Below, one piece after another: positions 1-8,894 of a DNA stretch of 64,000 nucleotides. The notes below the pieces were generated by a model. That model was not told the origin of the DNA. It saw only the letters and a list, made by a program, of their open reading frames with translations, and made no database searches. The DNA is from an uncultured Solirubrobacterales bacterium (lineage in GTDB: Bacteria > Actinomycetota > Thermoleophilia > Solirubrobacterales > Solirubrobacteraceae). Where the stretch lies: assembly GCA_963743165.1 (NCBI GenBank), contig CAVUOP010000009.1, positions 11,092 through 75,091 of the forward strand, written 5' to 3'. The position numbers and the translations under genes are program-made. How positions within the stretch are numbered: the first letter of the stretch is position 1; every line of letters starts with the position of its first letter.

Positions 1-916
1 CTTCAGTGCGGGTGGCCTCATCGAGATAGTCGGCATAGGCCTCATACCACTCGACCATCGTGAACTCGGGGTTGTGCTTGGTGGAGATGCCCTCGTTGCG
101 GAAGTCCTTGCCGAGCTCATAGACGCGCTCAAGGCCACCGACGATGCAGCGCTTGAGGTACAGCTCGGTAGCAATACGCAGATAGAGCGTGCGGTCGAGC
201 GCATTGTGGTGCGTGGTGAAAGGCCGCGCCAAGGCGCCCCCATAGAGCGGTTGCAGGACGGGAGTCTCGACCTCGATGAAGCCGCGCTGGTCCAGATGCG
301 AACGCACGGCGGAGACGATCCGCGCGCGGTCGATGAAGACCTGACGAGCCTCCTCGCTTGACATCAGATCAAGCTCGCGCTGGCGGTAGCGCGTTTCGAC
401 ATCGGCGAGCCCGTGATGCTTGTCCGGTGGCGGGCGCAAGGACTTGGCCAGGACGCGGTAGTCATCGATGCGCAGCGAAAGCTCGCCCCGGTTGGAGCGC
501 ATTACGACTCCCTGGACACCAAGAAGATCGCCGAGGTCGATCTGCAGCAGCCGGTTGAACGCCTCCTCGCCAAGCACATCCAGACGCGCATGCAGCTGGA
601 TGCGCCCGGAGCGATCGACCAGGTCCATGAAGGCAGCCTTGCCCTGCCCGCGGCGCGCGGCCAGGCGCCCGGCGACCCGACGCAGGTCCTCGGTTTCCTC
701 ACCGGAGGCAAGGTGCGAGTAGTGCTCGTGGACCTCCTGGATCGGTTTGGTATCGGGGTAGGAGTAGGGAAACTGCGTCTCGCCGGGCGGCAGCAGTTGG
801 CGCGCTTTGGCGCGGCGTACGGCCAGCAGCTCGGGCAGCGGCGGGCGCTCCGCGGAACCATTGCTGGCGGCGGAATCGGTCTGCGCTGTCTGCTGCTCGT
901 GCTCGATCTTGCTCAT
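1..916 (-). CDS. lysS: Lysyl-tRNA synthetase, class II (3' end outside window)
   Basis: Not in the ORF track. Manual translation from ATG 916 (or GTG 919): ...[32 protein letters not shown]...[50 protein letters not shown], giving the OB-fold and class II motif 2. Confidence 0.95.
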   Translation of the reverse strand, partial: MSKIEHEQQTAQTDSAASNGSAERPPLPELLAVRRAKARQLLPPGETQFPYSYPDTKPIQEVHEHYSHLASGEETEDLRRVAGRLAARRGQGKAAFMDLVDRSGRIQLHARLDVLGEEAFNRLLQIDLGDLLGVQGVVMRSNRGELSLRIDDYRVLAKSLRPPPDKHHGLADVETRYRQRELDLMSSEEARQVFIDRARIVSAVRSHLDQRGFIEVETPVLQPLYGGALARPFTTHHNALDRTLYLRIATELYLKRCIVGGLERVYELGKDFRNEGISTKHNPEFTMVEWYEAYADYLDEATRTE

Positions 917-967
917 CACCAAGGGATGTTAGGGGCCAAGGCAGGCCCGAGGAAAAGGACGCGCGGC

Positions 968-1008
968 GAAAAGAACGACCCGTGGAGGCGAGAACCCCCG
1001 CGGGTCTT
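968..1008 (-). terminator. Probable intrinsic terminator after greA
   Basis: GACCCGYGG...CCGCGGGTC stem followed by GTTCTTTT on the minus strand, directly after the greA stop. Confidence 0.5.
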
Positions 1009-1495
1009 CTATTTCAGTCCGATATCGATCTTGGTGATCTTGAGCTTGCGGGCCGGCCCGCGAGGCACCGTGACCGCCACGGTGTCGTTGCGCCGATGCC
1101 CCAGCAGCGCCCGTCCGACGGGCGACTCGTTGGAGAGCTTGGCCTCTTCGGGATTGGCCTCGGCGGAGCCGACGATCGTGTACTTGACCGACTTGCCGGT
1201 CTTTTCGTCCTTGACATGCACAACCGAGCCGACCTGGACCACGTCGGTGGAGAGGTCCTTAGTCTCAATGACGGTGGCCATGCGCAGCTTCTCCTGCAAC
1301 AGAGCAATGCGCGACTCGAGCATGGCCTGTTCGTTCTTGGCATCGTCGTACTCGGAGTTCTCGGAGATATCGCCGAACTCACGGGCCTCCTTGATGCGCT
1401 CGGCCACCTCGCGGCGGCGCGCGGTGGAGAGCAGCTCAAGCTCGTCGCGGAGCTTTTGCAGACCTTCGGGAGTGAGGATGACGTTCCTTGGGCAT
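1009..1495 (-). CDS. greA: Transcription elongation factor GreA (apparent +1 frameshift near codon 4)
   Basis: VILTPEG...EAREFGDISENSEYDDAKNEQ...SNESPVGRALLG motifs. ATG at 1495 (ATG CCC AAG GAA C GTC ATC) is one base out of frame with the body. Confidence 0.93.
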
Positions 1496-1529
1496 GAATA
1501 CGACTCATCTGGCGTTAGGTGGACCCGGG

Positions 1530-1557
1530 AAAAAGACAAAACCCGCCTGTGAGCGGG
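1530..1557 (-). terminator. Terminator-like hairpin in the greA leader
   Basis: CCCGC-TCACAG-GCGGG followed by TTTTGTCTTTTT, lying downstream of a TATACT -10 at 1599-1594. Confidence 0.55.
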
Positions 1558-1627
1558 AGCTTCGCGGACCCTGAAGGCCCTAGCGAGCGCAGCAGTATAG
1601 CGGGGACTAATCCCAGCCTGGAGGCGT

Positions 1628-2641
1628 TCAGGCAGCAAGCGGAGCAAGCAGGCGCTCGGGGTCGAGCAACTGCCTTGCCCCAGCCAGAGTTTCAACGTGA
1701 TGCAGCGAATCTTGCAGCTCGTGCAAGGTCTCGCGAGTGAGCCCAAGGTGCACGAGATACCAGGGATAGAACTTGCGCAGATAGCGCGCGGCGCGCTCCG
1801 GGCCCAGATGCAAGGCGGCCTGATCCATGACCCAGTCGAGCTCGATGAGCACCTCCGCGGGCGAAGGGTCGCTCAGGCGCCCGGCAAGCAGCCGCTCAAA
1901 CAGCCACGGGTTGCCCAACGAGCCGCGCGCGAGCATGACCGCGGTAACGCCGGTCTCACTGAAGACGCGCTGCACATGCTCGGCATCGCGCAGGCCGCCG
2001 CTGAGGATGACGGGCACGGGCAGCGAGGCGGCCAGCCGCGCGGCGAGGTCATAGTCGGGGGTGCCCTTGTGATGAATGGCGGCGGAGCGAGGATGAAAGG
2101 CAATCGCCGCGACCCCCGCCTGCGCCAGCCGATGAGCCAGCTCATAGCCGCTAGTGGTGTCCCCGGCGCGCAGGCCCGAGCGCAGCTTGACGGTCACCGG
2201 CAGCCCGGACCCCTCGATCGCAGCGCGCGCGAGCGCAACGGCCAGGTCGGGGTCGGAGAGCAGCGAAGCGCCAGCGCCGGTCTTGCAGACCTTGGGCACG
2301 GGACAGCCCATGTTGAGATCGATCGCATCGGCCCCAGCCTCGGCCACGGAGGCAGCGGCAGAGCGCATCACCAGCGGGTCCTGCCCGAAGAGCTGAATGG
2401 AGACCGGCCCTAAGGTCTGCTCGCGCGGATGAATGCGCAGCATCTCGTTGCAGGTGCGCGCGTTGCGGTGATAGATCGCATGCGAGGAGACCATCTCCGA
2501 GACAGCCATGCCGGCACCGTGACGCAGAGCCTGCAGACGCACGAACCAATTGCCGATGCCGGCGAGCGGGGCCAGCAGAACGCGGTTACGCACGCGCAGC
2601 GGCCCAAGCGACCAGGTGTCAGTGAGATCAGGAGCGCTCAT
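1628..2641 (-). CDS. dusB: tRNA-dihydrouridine synthase
   Basis: LLAPLAG, IQLFG, IDLNMGCPVPKV, GAGASLL, VTVKLRSG and ARGSLGNPWLF motifs. Confidence 0.9.
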   Translation of the reverse strand: MSAPDLTDTWSLGPLRVRNRVLLAPLAGIGNWFVRLQALRHGAGMAVSEMVSSHAIYHRNARTCNEMLRIHPREQTLGPVSIQLFGQDPLVMRSAAASVAEAGADAIDLNMGCPVPKVCKTGAGASLLSDPDLAVALARAAIEGSGLPVTVKLRSGLRAGDTTSGYELAHRLAQAGVAAIAFHPRSAAIHHKGTPDYDLAARLAASLPVPVILSGGLRDAEHVQRVFSETGVTAVMLARGSLGNPWLFERLLAGRLSDPSPAEVLIELDWVMDQAALHLGPERAARYLRKFYPWYLVHLGLTRETLHELQDSLHHVETLAGARQLLDPERLLAPLAA

Positions 2642-2743
2642 GCAATTTGATGTTAGGCAAGGTTTGAGACGGGGAACCGCTCCGCGGGGGAAGGGCTCCG
2701 CTCCGCTCCGCCGTGTGGGCCGCGGCACCCTGGGAATTACGCC

Positions 2744-3508
2744 CTAGGAATTAAGCTCGTAGAGGAGCCGCAGGCCGGTGAGTGTGAGGAGGTCGTCGAC
2801 CTCGTGGATCTCCTCGGTGAAGGGCACTACAAGATGTCCCAGCCCGCCGGTGGCGATGACCGAGAGCCGTTCCTCAAGCTCGGTGTAGAGCCGGCGCAAG
2901 ATCGCATCGACGGCTCCGGCATAGCCGAAGACGACGCCGGAGCGGATCGCGTCGATGGTGTTCTTGCCCACAACGGTGCGCGGTGCGGCAAGCTCGACCT
3001 TGGGCAGCCGCGCGCCGCGCTCGGTGAGCGCGTCGAGCGAGATCTCGATGCCGGTCATGAGGGCCCCGCCGATGTACTCCCCATCGCGCGAGAGGACATC
3101 GAAGGTGGTGGCGGTGCCGAAGTCGACGCAGACGGCGGAGCTGCCGAAGCGAGCGCGCATGGCGACGGCATTGACGAGCCGATCGGCGCCGATCTCGCGC
3201 GGGTTGTCGTAGCGGATGGCCATGCCGGTGCGCAGACCGGGCCCGACGACGAGCATCTCGTGGTGCAGGTAGCGCTGGGCCATGGCGGCCCATTCGGGCT
3301 CAAGCGCGGGCACGGTGGAGGACACAATCGAAGCGGAGAGATCCTCAAACCCCAGCCCGCGCAGCTCAAGCAGGTTGCGCAGAGCCGCCCCGAGCTGATC
3401 GGCGGTGGAATCGCGCACGGTGGCAAAGCGCCAGTGCTCGAGCAGCTCCTCGCCACGGTAGGCGCCGAAGTGGGTCTGGGTGTTTCCGACGTTGACAACG
3501 AGCAGCAT
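2744..3508 (-). CDS. coaX: Type III pantothenate kinase
   Basis: NVGNT, IGADR, VDFGTATTFD and VIATGG motifs. Confidence 0.95.
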   Translation of the reverse strand: MLLVVNVGNTQTHFGAYRGEELLEHWRFATVRDSTADQLGAALRNLLELRGLGFEDLSASIVSSTVPALEPEWAAMAQRYLHHEMLVVGPGLRTGMAIRYDNPREIGADRLVNAVAMRARFGSSAVCVDFGTATTFDVLSRDGEYIGGALMTGIEISLDALTERGARLPKVELAAPRTVVGKNTIDAIRSGVVFGYAGAVDAILRRLYTELEERLSVIATGGLGHLVVPFTEEIHEVDDLLTLTGLRLLYELNS

Positions 3509-3581
3509 GGGCGGCCCGGGAGCCTACCCGACCCTCCCGCGCAGTAGACCCCGGGCTGGCCCTCCTATATGCTCAGAGGCA

Positions 3582-4346
3582 ATGGCGGCAAACGGCACGA
3601 GCGCGAAGAAGCTGAAGCTGTACGCGCTCCCAGGCTCCCACCCCTGTGCGGCGGTGGAAGTGGCGATGCGCCTGAAGTCGATCCCTTACCACCGCGTGGA
3701 CCTGCTGCCGATGGTGCAGATGGCGGTGGGACCAGTGCTGTGGGGCGGCATGACGGTGCCGGGCGTGCGCGTGAATGGCGAGAAGCTGGTGGGCTCGCGC
3801 ACGATCATGCGCAAGCTGGACGCGATGGCGCCCGAGCCCCCACTGTTGCCTGCCGATGCCGCGCGGCGTGAGCAGGTGCTGGAGGCCGAGCGCTGGGGCG
3901 ATGAGGTGTTCCAGAGCATGCCCAGGCGCATCCTTGACGCGGGATTCCTGCGCGATGCGAGCTGCATGGAGAGCTACGCGGGCGATGCCAAAATGCCGCT
4001 CCCCCGCCCGATGCTGCGCCCCGCTCTCCCCCTGACGGCGCGCCTGATGGCGTTCCGTAACAAGGCACAGGACGAGAACGTGACGGCCGACATCAAGTCC
4101 CTTCCCACACAGCTGGAGAAGGTAGACGCATGGATCGCCGAAGGTCTGCTGGGAGGCGAGCAGCCAAACGCGGCCGACCTGCAGATCGGCTGCACGATGC
4201 TCCTGCTGAACACGATCGCCGATATCCGCCCGCTACTTGAGAGCCACGCGGCGATGCAGCTGATGCGCTACTTCCCCCCGATGGTGGGCGAAGTCCCGGC
4301 AGGCACCCTGCCGGCAGAGTGGCTGCCGGCCACCACCACCGCTTGA
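3582..4346 (+). CDS. Glutathione S-transferase-family protein
   Basis: N-terminal LYALPGSHPC...TVPG...GSRTIMRKLD thioredoxin-like domain; C-terminal PNAADLQIG. Confidence 0.75.
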   Translation: MAANGTSAKKLKLYALPGSHPCAAVEVAMRLKSIPYHRVDLLPMVQMAVGPVLWGGMTVPGVRVNGEKLVGSRTIMRKLDAMAPEPPLLPADAARREQVLEAERWGDEVFQSMPRRILDAGFLRDASCMESYAGDAKMPLPRPMLRPALPLTARLMAFRNKAQDENVTADIKSLPTQLEKVDAWIAEGLLGGEQPNAADLQIGCTMLLLNTIADIRPLLESHAAMQLMRYFPPMVGEVPAGTLPAEWLPATTTA

Positions 4347-4370
4347 CCTAGGAGGCTCAAGCCAGGAGGC

Positions 4371-5873
4371 TCAGCCGCGCAGCGTGACGCTACGGGTCGT
4401 GCTGATGGGCGTGCCCTGAAGCGGCGTGAGGGTGACCTGGACCACCACCGCCAGATGATGGCGACGATGAAGGGCGCGCTTGGCCTGAGCGTTGAGGGAA
4501 ACAGCGAAGGGCACCCGGCCGGCTGCGAGAGAGGCGCGGATGAAGCGCCCGATGCGCACCTGCCTGGCGTGCCTGCGGGCGAGCGAGGCGGAGCCGGCGA
4601 GCAGGTCCAACTCAAGGCGCCCGCCAGCGCCGGCGGCCGAGATGTCAAGCGAGCCATGAACTGCCGAGCCATGCTGAGCGCCGGCAACCTTGATGGCGGC
4701 GGACGCGCTGCCGACCAGTGGCGAGCCGCCAATGGCGATCGGACTCACGCCGGAGTTTGAGGCCACTGGAACAGACGCGATCGGGGGCGGCGTCACGGTC
4801 GTGCTGGTGGTGGTCGGCGTTCCCGTGGTCCCGGAGGGGGGTGAAGGCGAAGGGCTCGGCGAAGGTTCAGGAGGCGAGGCGGTCGTGAATTCTCGATCGA
4901 GCCCGGGCGCGTCGCCGAACGAGTTGTGGGCAACGATCTCAAAGTGATAGACGGTGCCCGGCGCGAGTCCGCTAAGCGGGGCGAAGACGACGTGGTCGGC
5001 GGCGCCTTCGCCGGCTGACTGGACGCTGGTGGTGTGTCCGTAGCTGTCGCTGGTGCCGTACTTGAAGAAGTAGGTCGTCGCCTGACCGTGCGGGTTGACG
5101 GTGCCACTGAGAGTCGCGCCGGTTTCGCCCAGTTCGGTGGCTTCGCCGGTGCTGCCGGTGGGCGCTCCGGGCGGCGAGGCGGTGGTGAAGGTCCGATCGG
5201 CCCCAAACACGGTGCTCGCGCCCGCGGCGTAGCTGGCAACGATGCGGAAGTGATAGAGCGTGCCGGGGGCGAGCCCCGAGACCAGCGCCGACTCGGCGTG
5301 ACTGACGCCGTCCCCGCCGGCCGACAGCGTGCTGGTCTGTTCCCCGTAGCTGCTGCTGGTGCCGTAGTTGAAGTAGTAGGAGGTCGGCTGGCCCTTGGGG
5401 TTGATGGTGCCATTGAGCGTCGCTTCGCTCTGGCTCACCGCGGAGGCACTGCCGGTGCTCGCGAGCGGCGGCAGAGAACCGCTGGCGTTGACGTAGACGA
5501 AGGCCTTCATGGCGGCGCCGTGAACGCCGCACCAGAATTCATAGGTACCCGCGGCGGTAAAGGTGCAGGACCCCGACCAGCCGGGGCCGGCTTCGCTGAT
5601 CCCGTGAGGCAGACCTGTGCAGGCCGGCGCCGCGGGCCCAGACTCGAACACCGGATAGTGGTAGTTGACGCCGCTGGGGTAGGCGAAGGAGACGGCGCTG
5701 CTCGGGGTGATCCCCACTTCGGCGGGCACCAGGCCATTGGCTTCCCAGAAGTGTTCGTAGAAGCCGCTGTCGACAGCGGTGATGCTGGCGCTAGCCCCGG
5801 CAACGGCCGGGAAGACGCCGGCCATCACCGCGAGCAAGGCGATGAAGGGAAGGTGACGCTTGCGCAATCTCAC
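4371..5873 (-). CDS. Secreted cupredoxin with two FN3-like repeats, Pro/Thr linker and basic C-terminal domain
   Basis: Signal peptide; type-1 Cu ligands H...CGVHGAAM; two ATLxGTxNPxG..TxYxFxYGTSxSYG..LAPGTxYHFxIVA repeats. Confidence 0.75.
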   Translation of the reverse strand: MRLRKRHLPFIALLAVMAGVFPAVAGASASITAVDSGFYEHFWEANGLVPAEVGITPSSAVSFAYPSGVNYHYPVFESGPAAPACTGLPHGISEAGPGWSGSCTFTAAGTYEFWCGVHGAAMKAFVYVNASGSLPPLASTGSASAVSQSEATLNGTINPKGQPTSYYFNYGTSSSYGEQTSTLSAGGDGVSHAESALVSGLAPGTLYHFRIVASYAAGASTVFGADRTFTTASPPGAPTGSTGEATELGETGATLSGTVNPHGQATTYFFKYGTSDSYGHTTSVQSAGEGAADHVVFAPLSGLAPGTVYHFEIVAHNSFGDAPGLDREFTTASPPEPSPSPSPSPPSGTTGTPTTTSTTVTPPPIASVPVASNSGVSPIAIGGSPLVGSASAAIKVAGAQHGSAVHGSLDISAAGAGGRLELDLLAGSASLARRHARQVRIGRFIRASLAAGRVPFAVSLNAQAKRALHRRHHLAVVVQVTLTPLQGTPISTTRSVTLRG

Positions 5874-6054
5874 GATCTGACCCGCCTTTCGCTGTGTGAC
5901 ATCCCCCGCGGTCCGGCGTCGATGCGACGACGGTCGGGCTCCTCGATTGGCAAGACGCCCGCACGGAGCATTCCTTCCCACGGGCTCGTCAATTCGTCCG
6001 AGACGAGTAGTCCAGCCGCTGGCTATCGCCGCGGTCAGGCCGAAAGAGGCCGAG

Positions 6055-6405
6055 ATGAGCACGAGGTGTGTAGGCGCCCTAGCGACAATGACGGTGCTGG
6101 CGATCGCGGTGCCAGGCGCAGGAGCAGTCCCGGCGCCAGCCTTTCATGAGGCGCACGCATCCGCGAGTCATGTTGTGGTGCTGGAGCACAAGCGCTTCCT
6201 GCCGGGCGGGGTGTCGATCCGCCGCGGAGAAAGCGTGACGTGGCTCTGGCGCGACGGCCACACCCCGCATAACGTGATCGGCCGCGGCTTTCAGTCGCGC
6301 GTGGTAACCCGAGGGTCATTCACCGTGCGCTTCGCGCAGGGCGGAACGTATGCCTATACGTGCTCGGTGCATCCGCACATGGACGGCACGGTCATCGTTC
6401 GCTGA
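6055..6405 (+). CDS. Small secreted cupredoxin (plastocyanin/amicyanin-like)
   Basis: Signal peptide; PHNV...GTYAYTCSVHPHMDGTVIV. Confidence 0.8.
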   Translation: MSTRCVGALATMTVLAIAVPGAGAVPAPAFHEAHASASHVVVLEHKRFLPGGVSIRRGESVTWLWRDGHTPHNVIGRGFQSRVVTRGSFTVRFAQGGTYAYTCSVHPHMDGTVIVR

Positions 6406-6412
6406 GCGACGC

Positions 6413-6928
6413 TCAGGCCTCGCCCACGAGCAGCGGCGGTCCAGCCCAGCGAACACCCTCGGTCAAGGGCAGCGTAAGCAGCGCATCCGCCAGACGCTGC
6501 CCAGCGGGCGTAGCAAGCTCAATGTCAAGCTCAAGCGCGGGGATGAGCACGAAGCGGCGGGTGAGCACCTGTGCGTGAGGCAAGGTCATGCGCTCATCGC
6601 GCAGCGTGAGATCGCCGAGCAGGAGTACGTCGATGTCGATCGCGCGCGGGCTGTGGCGCTGATACTCCGCCGGACGCCCCAGCGCTCGCTCAAGACCCTT
6701 GACGGCATCGAGCAGATCGAGTGGCTCAAGCTTTGTCTCAATGCGCAGGCAGGCGTTGAGAAAGCTGTCTTGGTCGAGGATCTCTCCGACGGGGTCGGTG
6801 TCATAGAGGGAGGAAGAGGCGAGCACGCGCACGCCCACGGCGGGCAGCGCGTCGGCGGCAGCCTGCAGATGCTGGCGACGCTCACCGACGTTGGAGCCGA
6901 GGCCCAAGAGGCCGCTGCGAGAAGGCAT
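6413..6928 (-). CDS. folK: 2-amino-4-hydroxy-6-hydroxymethyldihydropteridine diphosphokinase
   Basis: LGLGSNVG, FLNA, PRAIDIDVLL, LPH and RRFVLIP motifs. Confidence 0.93.
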   Translation of the reverse strand: MPSRSGLLGLGSNVGERRQHLQAAADALPAVGVRVLASSSLYDTDPVGEILDQDSFLNACLRIETKLEPLDLLDAVKGLERALGRPAEYQRHSPRAIDIDVLLLGDLTLRDERMTLPHAQVLTRRFVLIPALELDIELATPAGQRLADALLTLPLTEGVRWAGPPLLVGEA

Positions 6929-7029
6929 GGGCGAGGACGGTAGCCGAGAATCAAGTTCCTCCACAAAACTGGCCGCCTGGCCAGTATGATGCAGCGAACG
7001 CCCGCGGCAGCGAACCAGGAGGTCTCCAG

Positions 7030-8268
7030 ATGGCATCGACGGCAAGCAGCGATATCAAGGACGTGCTCCTCACCGAGCGCGAGCACTGGCAGAGCGGCGT
7101 GCCGCTTGAGCTGTTCGAGCGCATGCGCAAGGAATGCCCGGTGCACTGGACCTCGGAAATCACCGAATTCCCCGAGGAGGCCGGCTTCTGGTCGGTCACG
7201 CTGGGCGAGGACGTGCACACGGTGAGCCGCGACTTCAAGACGTACTCCTCCGAACTGGGCGGCGTGACGGCCGCCAACATCGGCTTCCCGATCGAGCTCT
7301 CGCGCGCGATGTTCATCGGCATGGACCCGCCCAAGCACGACCGCGTCAAGGCGCTGTTTCAGGCGGGCTTCACCCCCAAGCGGATCGCCGCGCACGAGGA
7401 CGCCATCCGCGCGATTACCGTGGGAGTGCTGGACCGCCTGGAGGGCCAGGAGACATGCGATCTGGTCAATGACGTGGCGCAGCCAGTGGTCTCGCGCGTG
7501 ATCGGCAGCTTCATGGGCATCCCGCCCGAGGACGATGAGATCTGGGCGCGGCTGATGAACTCGACGCTGGCCGCCGGCGACCCCGACCTGAACCCGCACG
7601 GGGACATCCAGGCAGGCATCGAAAAGGGTGTGGCGGAGATCTTCCAGCGCTGCGGCAAGCTGATCGCTGAGCGCCGCGAGCACCCAACCGATGACCTCAC
7701 GAGCGTGCTGGTGCATGCCGAGGTGGACGGCGAGAAGCTTGAGGAACACGAGATCGTGATGGGCTTCTTCCTGCTGGTGGCCGCCGGCAACGACTCCACC
7801 AAGGCGACCTACTGCAGCGGCATGAAGGCGCTGATGGAGAACCCCGATCAGCGCGAGCTCGTGCTGGCCGATCCCGCCTTGATCCCCGGCGTGGTGGAGG
7901 AGTCCCTGCGCATGTTCCCCGCCTTCGCGCACTTCCGCCGCACAGCGACCTGTGACACCGAACTAAACGGTCAGCAGATCAAGGAGGGCGAGAAGGTGGT
8001 CATGTGGTACGTCTCCTCCAATCGCGACGAGGCACGCCATGTGGACCCCGACCGCTTCGATGTGCGTCGCGAAGAGGAGCACCAGGCGTTTGGGGCTGGA
8101 GGCCGCCACTTCTGCCTCGGCACGGCCCTGGCTCGTCTGGAGTTGAGGATCCTGTTCGAGGAGACCCTCAAGCGCTTCCCGGCCATGGAGCCGGTCGGCA
8201 AGCCCTCGATCGTCGAATCGGTCTTCCTCAATCAGCTCAAGACGCTGCCGGTGCGCCTGAAGCCGTAA
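7030..8268 (+). CDS. Cytochrome P450 (CYP124/125/142-like)
   Basis: AGNDST I-helix, EESLR (ExxR) and FGAGGRHFCLG heme-Cys motif. Confidence 0.93.
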   Translation: MASTASSDIKDVLLTEREHWQSGVPLELFERMRKECPVHWTSEITEFPEEAGFWSVTLGEDVHTVSRDFKTYSSELGGVTAANIGFPIELSRAMFIGMDPPKHDRVKALFQAGFTPKRIAAHEDAIRAITVGVLDRLEGQETCDLVNDVAQPVVSRVIGSFMGIPPEDDEIWARLMNSTLAAGDPDLNPHGDIQAGIEKGVAEIFQRCGKLIAERREHPTDDLTSVLVHAEVDGEKLEEHEIVMGFFLLVAAGNDSTKATYCSGMKALMENPDQRELVLADPALIPGVVEESLRMFPAFAHFRRTATCDTELNGQQIKEGEKVVMWYVSSNRDEARHVDPDRFDVRREEEHQAFGAGGRHFCLGTALARLELRILFEETLKRFPAMEPVGKPSIVESVFLNQLKTLPVRLKP

Positions 8269-8294
8269 GCAGGCCGGCTCCGCAGGCGGGCCAG

Positions 8295-8894
8295 CTACTT
8301 CTTCTTCGGTCCGTAGCGCTTGCGCGCGTGCTTTACGCACGCCGCCCGCTTGCCCTTCGGCTTCTTCTTGCAGGCCTTGAGCGCCTTGGCGAGCTTCTCG
8401 GCCTTGGTGAGACGATGCACCGCGATCGGCTTGGGAGCGGGCGGGGGACTTGTCGCAGGCGTCGTGGGAGTCGCGCCGGGAGCAGGGGTCGCGGTCATCG
8501 TGGTCGTGACCCCGGCGGCCGTGACGGTCACGGTGCCCGTCATTTCGCGGTGGTGCACGGAGCATTCATAGGCGTAGGTGCCGGCCTGCGAGAACGTGCA
8601 GCTCCCGCTCCACTGCGTTCCCGACTGTTCAGCACCAACCGGCACACCACTGCTGCACGTCGGCTTGACCGAGCTGGTCCAGATGATGCCGTGAGGTACT
8701 TCGTTGGACGGGTTAGCGAACGCGACGGTGCCCCCGGCGGCGATCGAGACCTGCGGAGGTGACCAGGCGACGGGGACGGTCGATCCGTAGCCGCCGCCGG
8801 TCGCGTTCACCGCCGGGGTCGTTTCCGAACTGGCCAGCGCCGGCAGCGCCGCCGCGACGATCCCCAGCAAAAGAACAAGGAAAAGCTTGCGCAT
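8295..8894 (-). CDS. Secreted cupredoxin with C-terminal KLAKALKAC..C..YG basic motif
   Basis: Signal peptide; PHGI...GTYAYECSVHHREM; start overlaps the MMPL stop (TGATG). Confidence 0.78.
   Translation of the reverse strand: MRKLFLVLLLGIVAAALPALASSETTPAVNATGGGYGSTVPVAWSPPQVSIAAGGTVAFANPSNEVPHGIIWTSSVKPTCSSGVPVGAEQSGTQWSGSCTFSQAGTYAYECSVHHREMTGTVTVTAAGVTTTMTATPAPGATPTTPATSPPPAPKPIAVHRLTKAEKLAKALKACKKKPKGKRAACVKHARKRYGPKKK

Noticed and set aside
74-1552. Long plus-strand ORFs (e.g. 413-1552) and similar ones such as 12689-14875, 22676-24175 and 44722-46977
   Set aside because: Antisense shadows of real genes, expected in high-GC DNA; no recognisable motifs.
2660-2740. GC-rich stem with GCTCC triplet between coaX and dusB
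   Set aside because: Only one copy seen; no tRNA or ncRNA consensus recognised.
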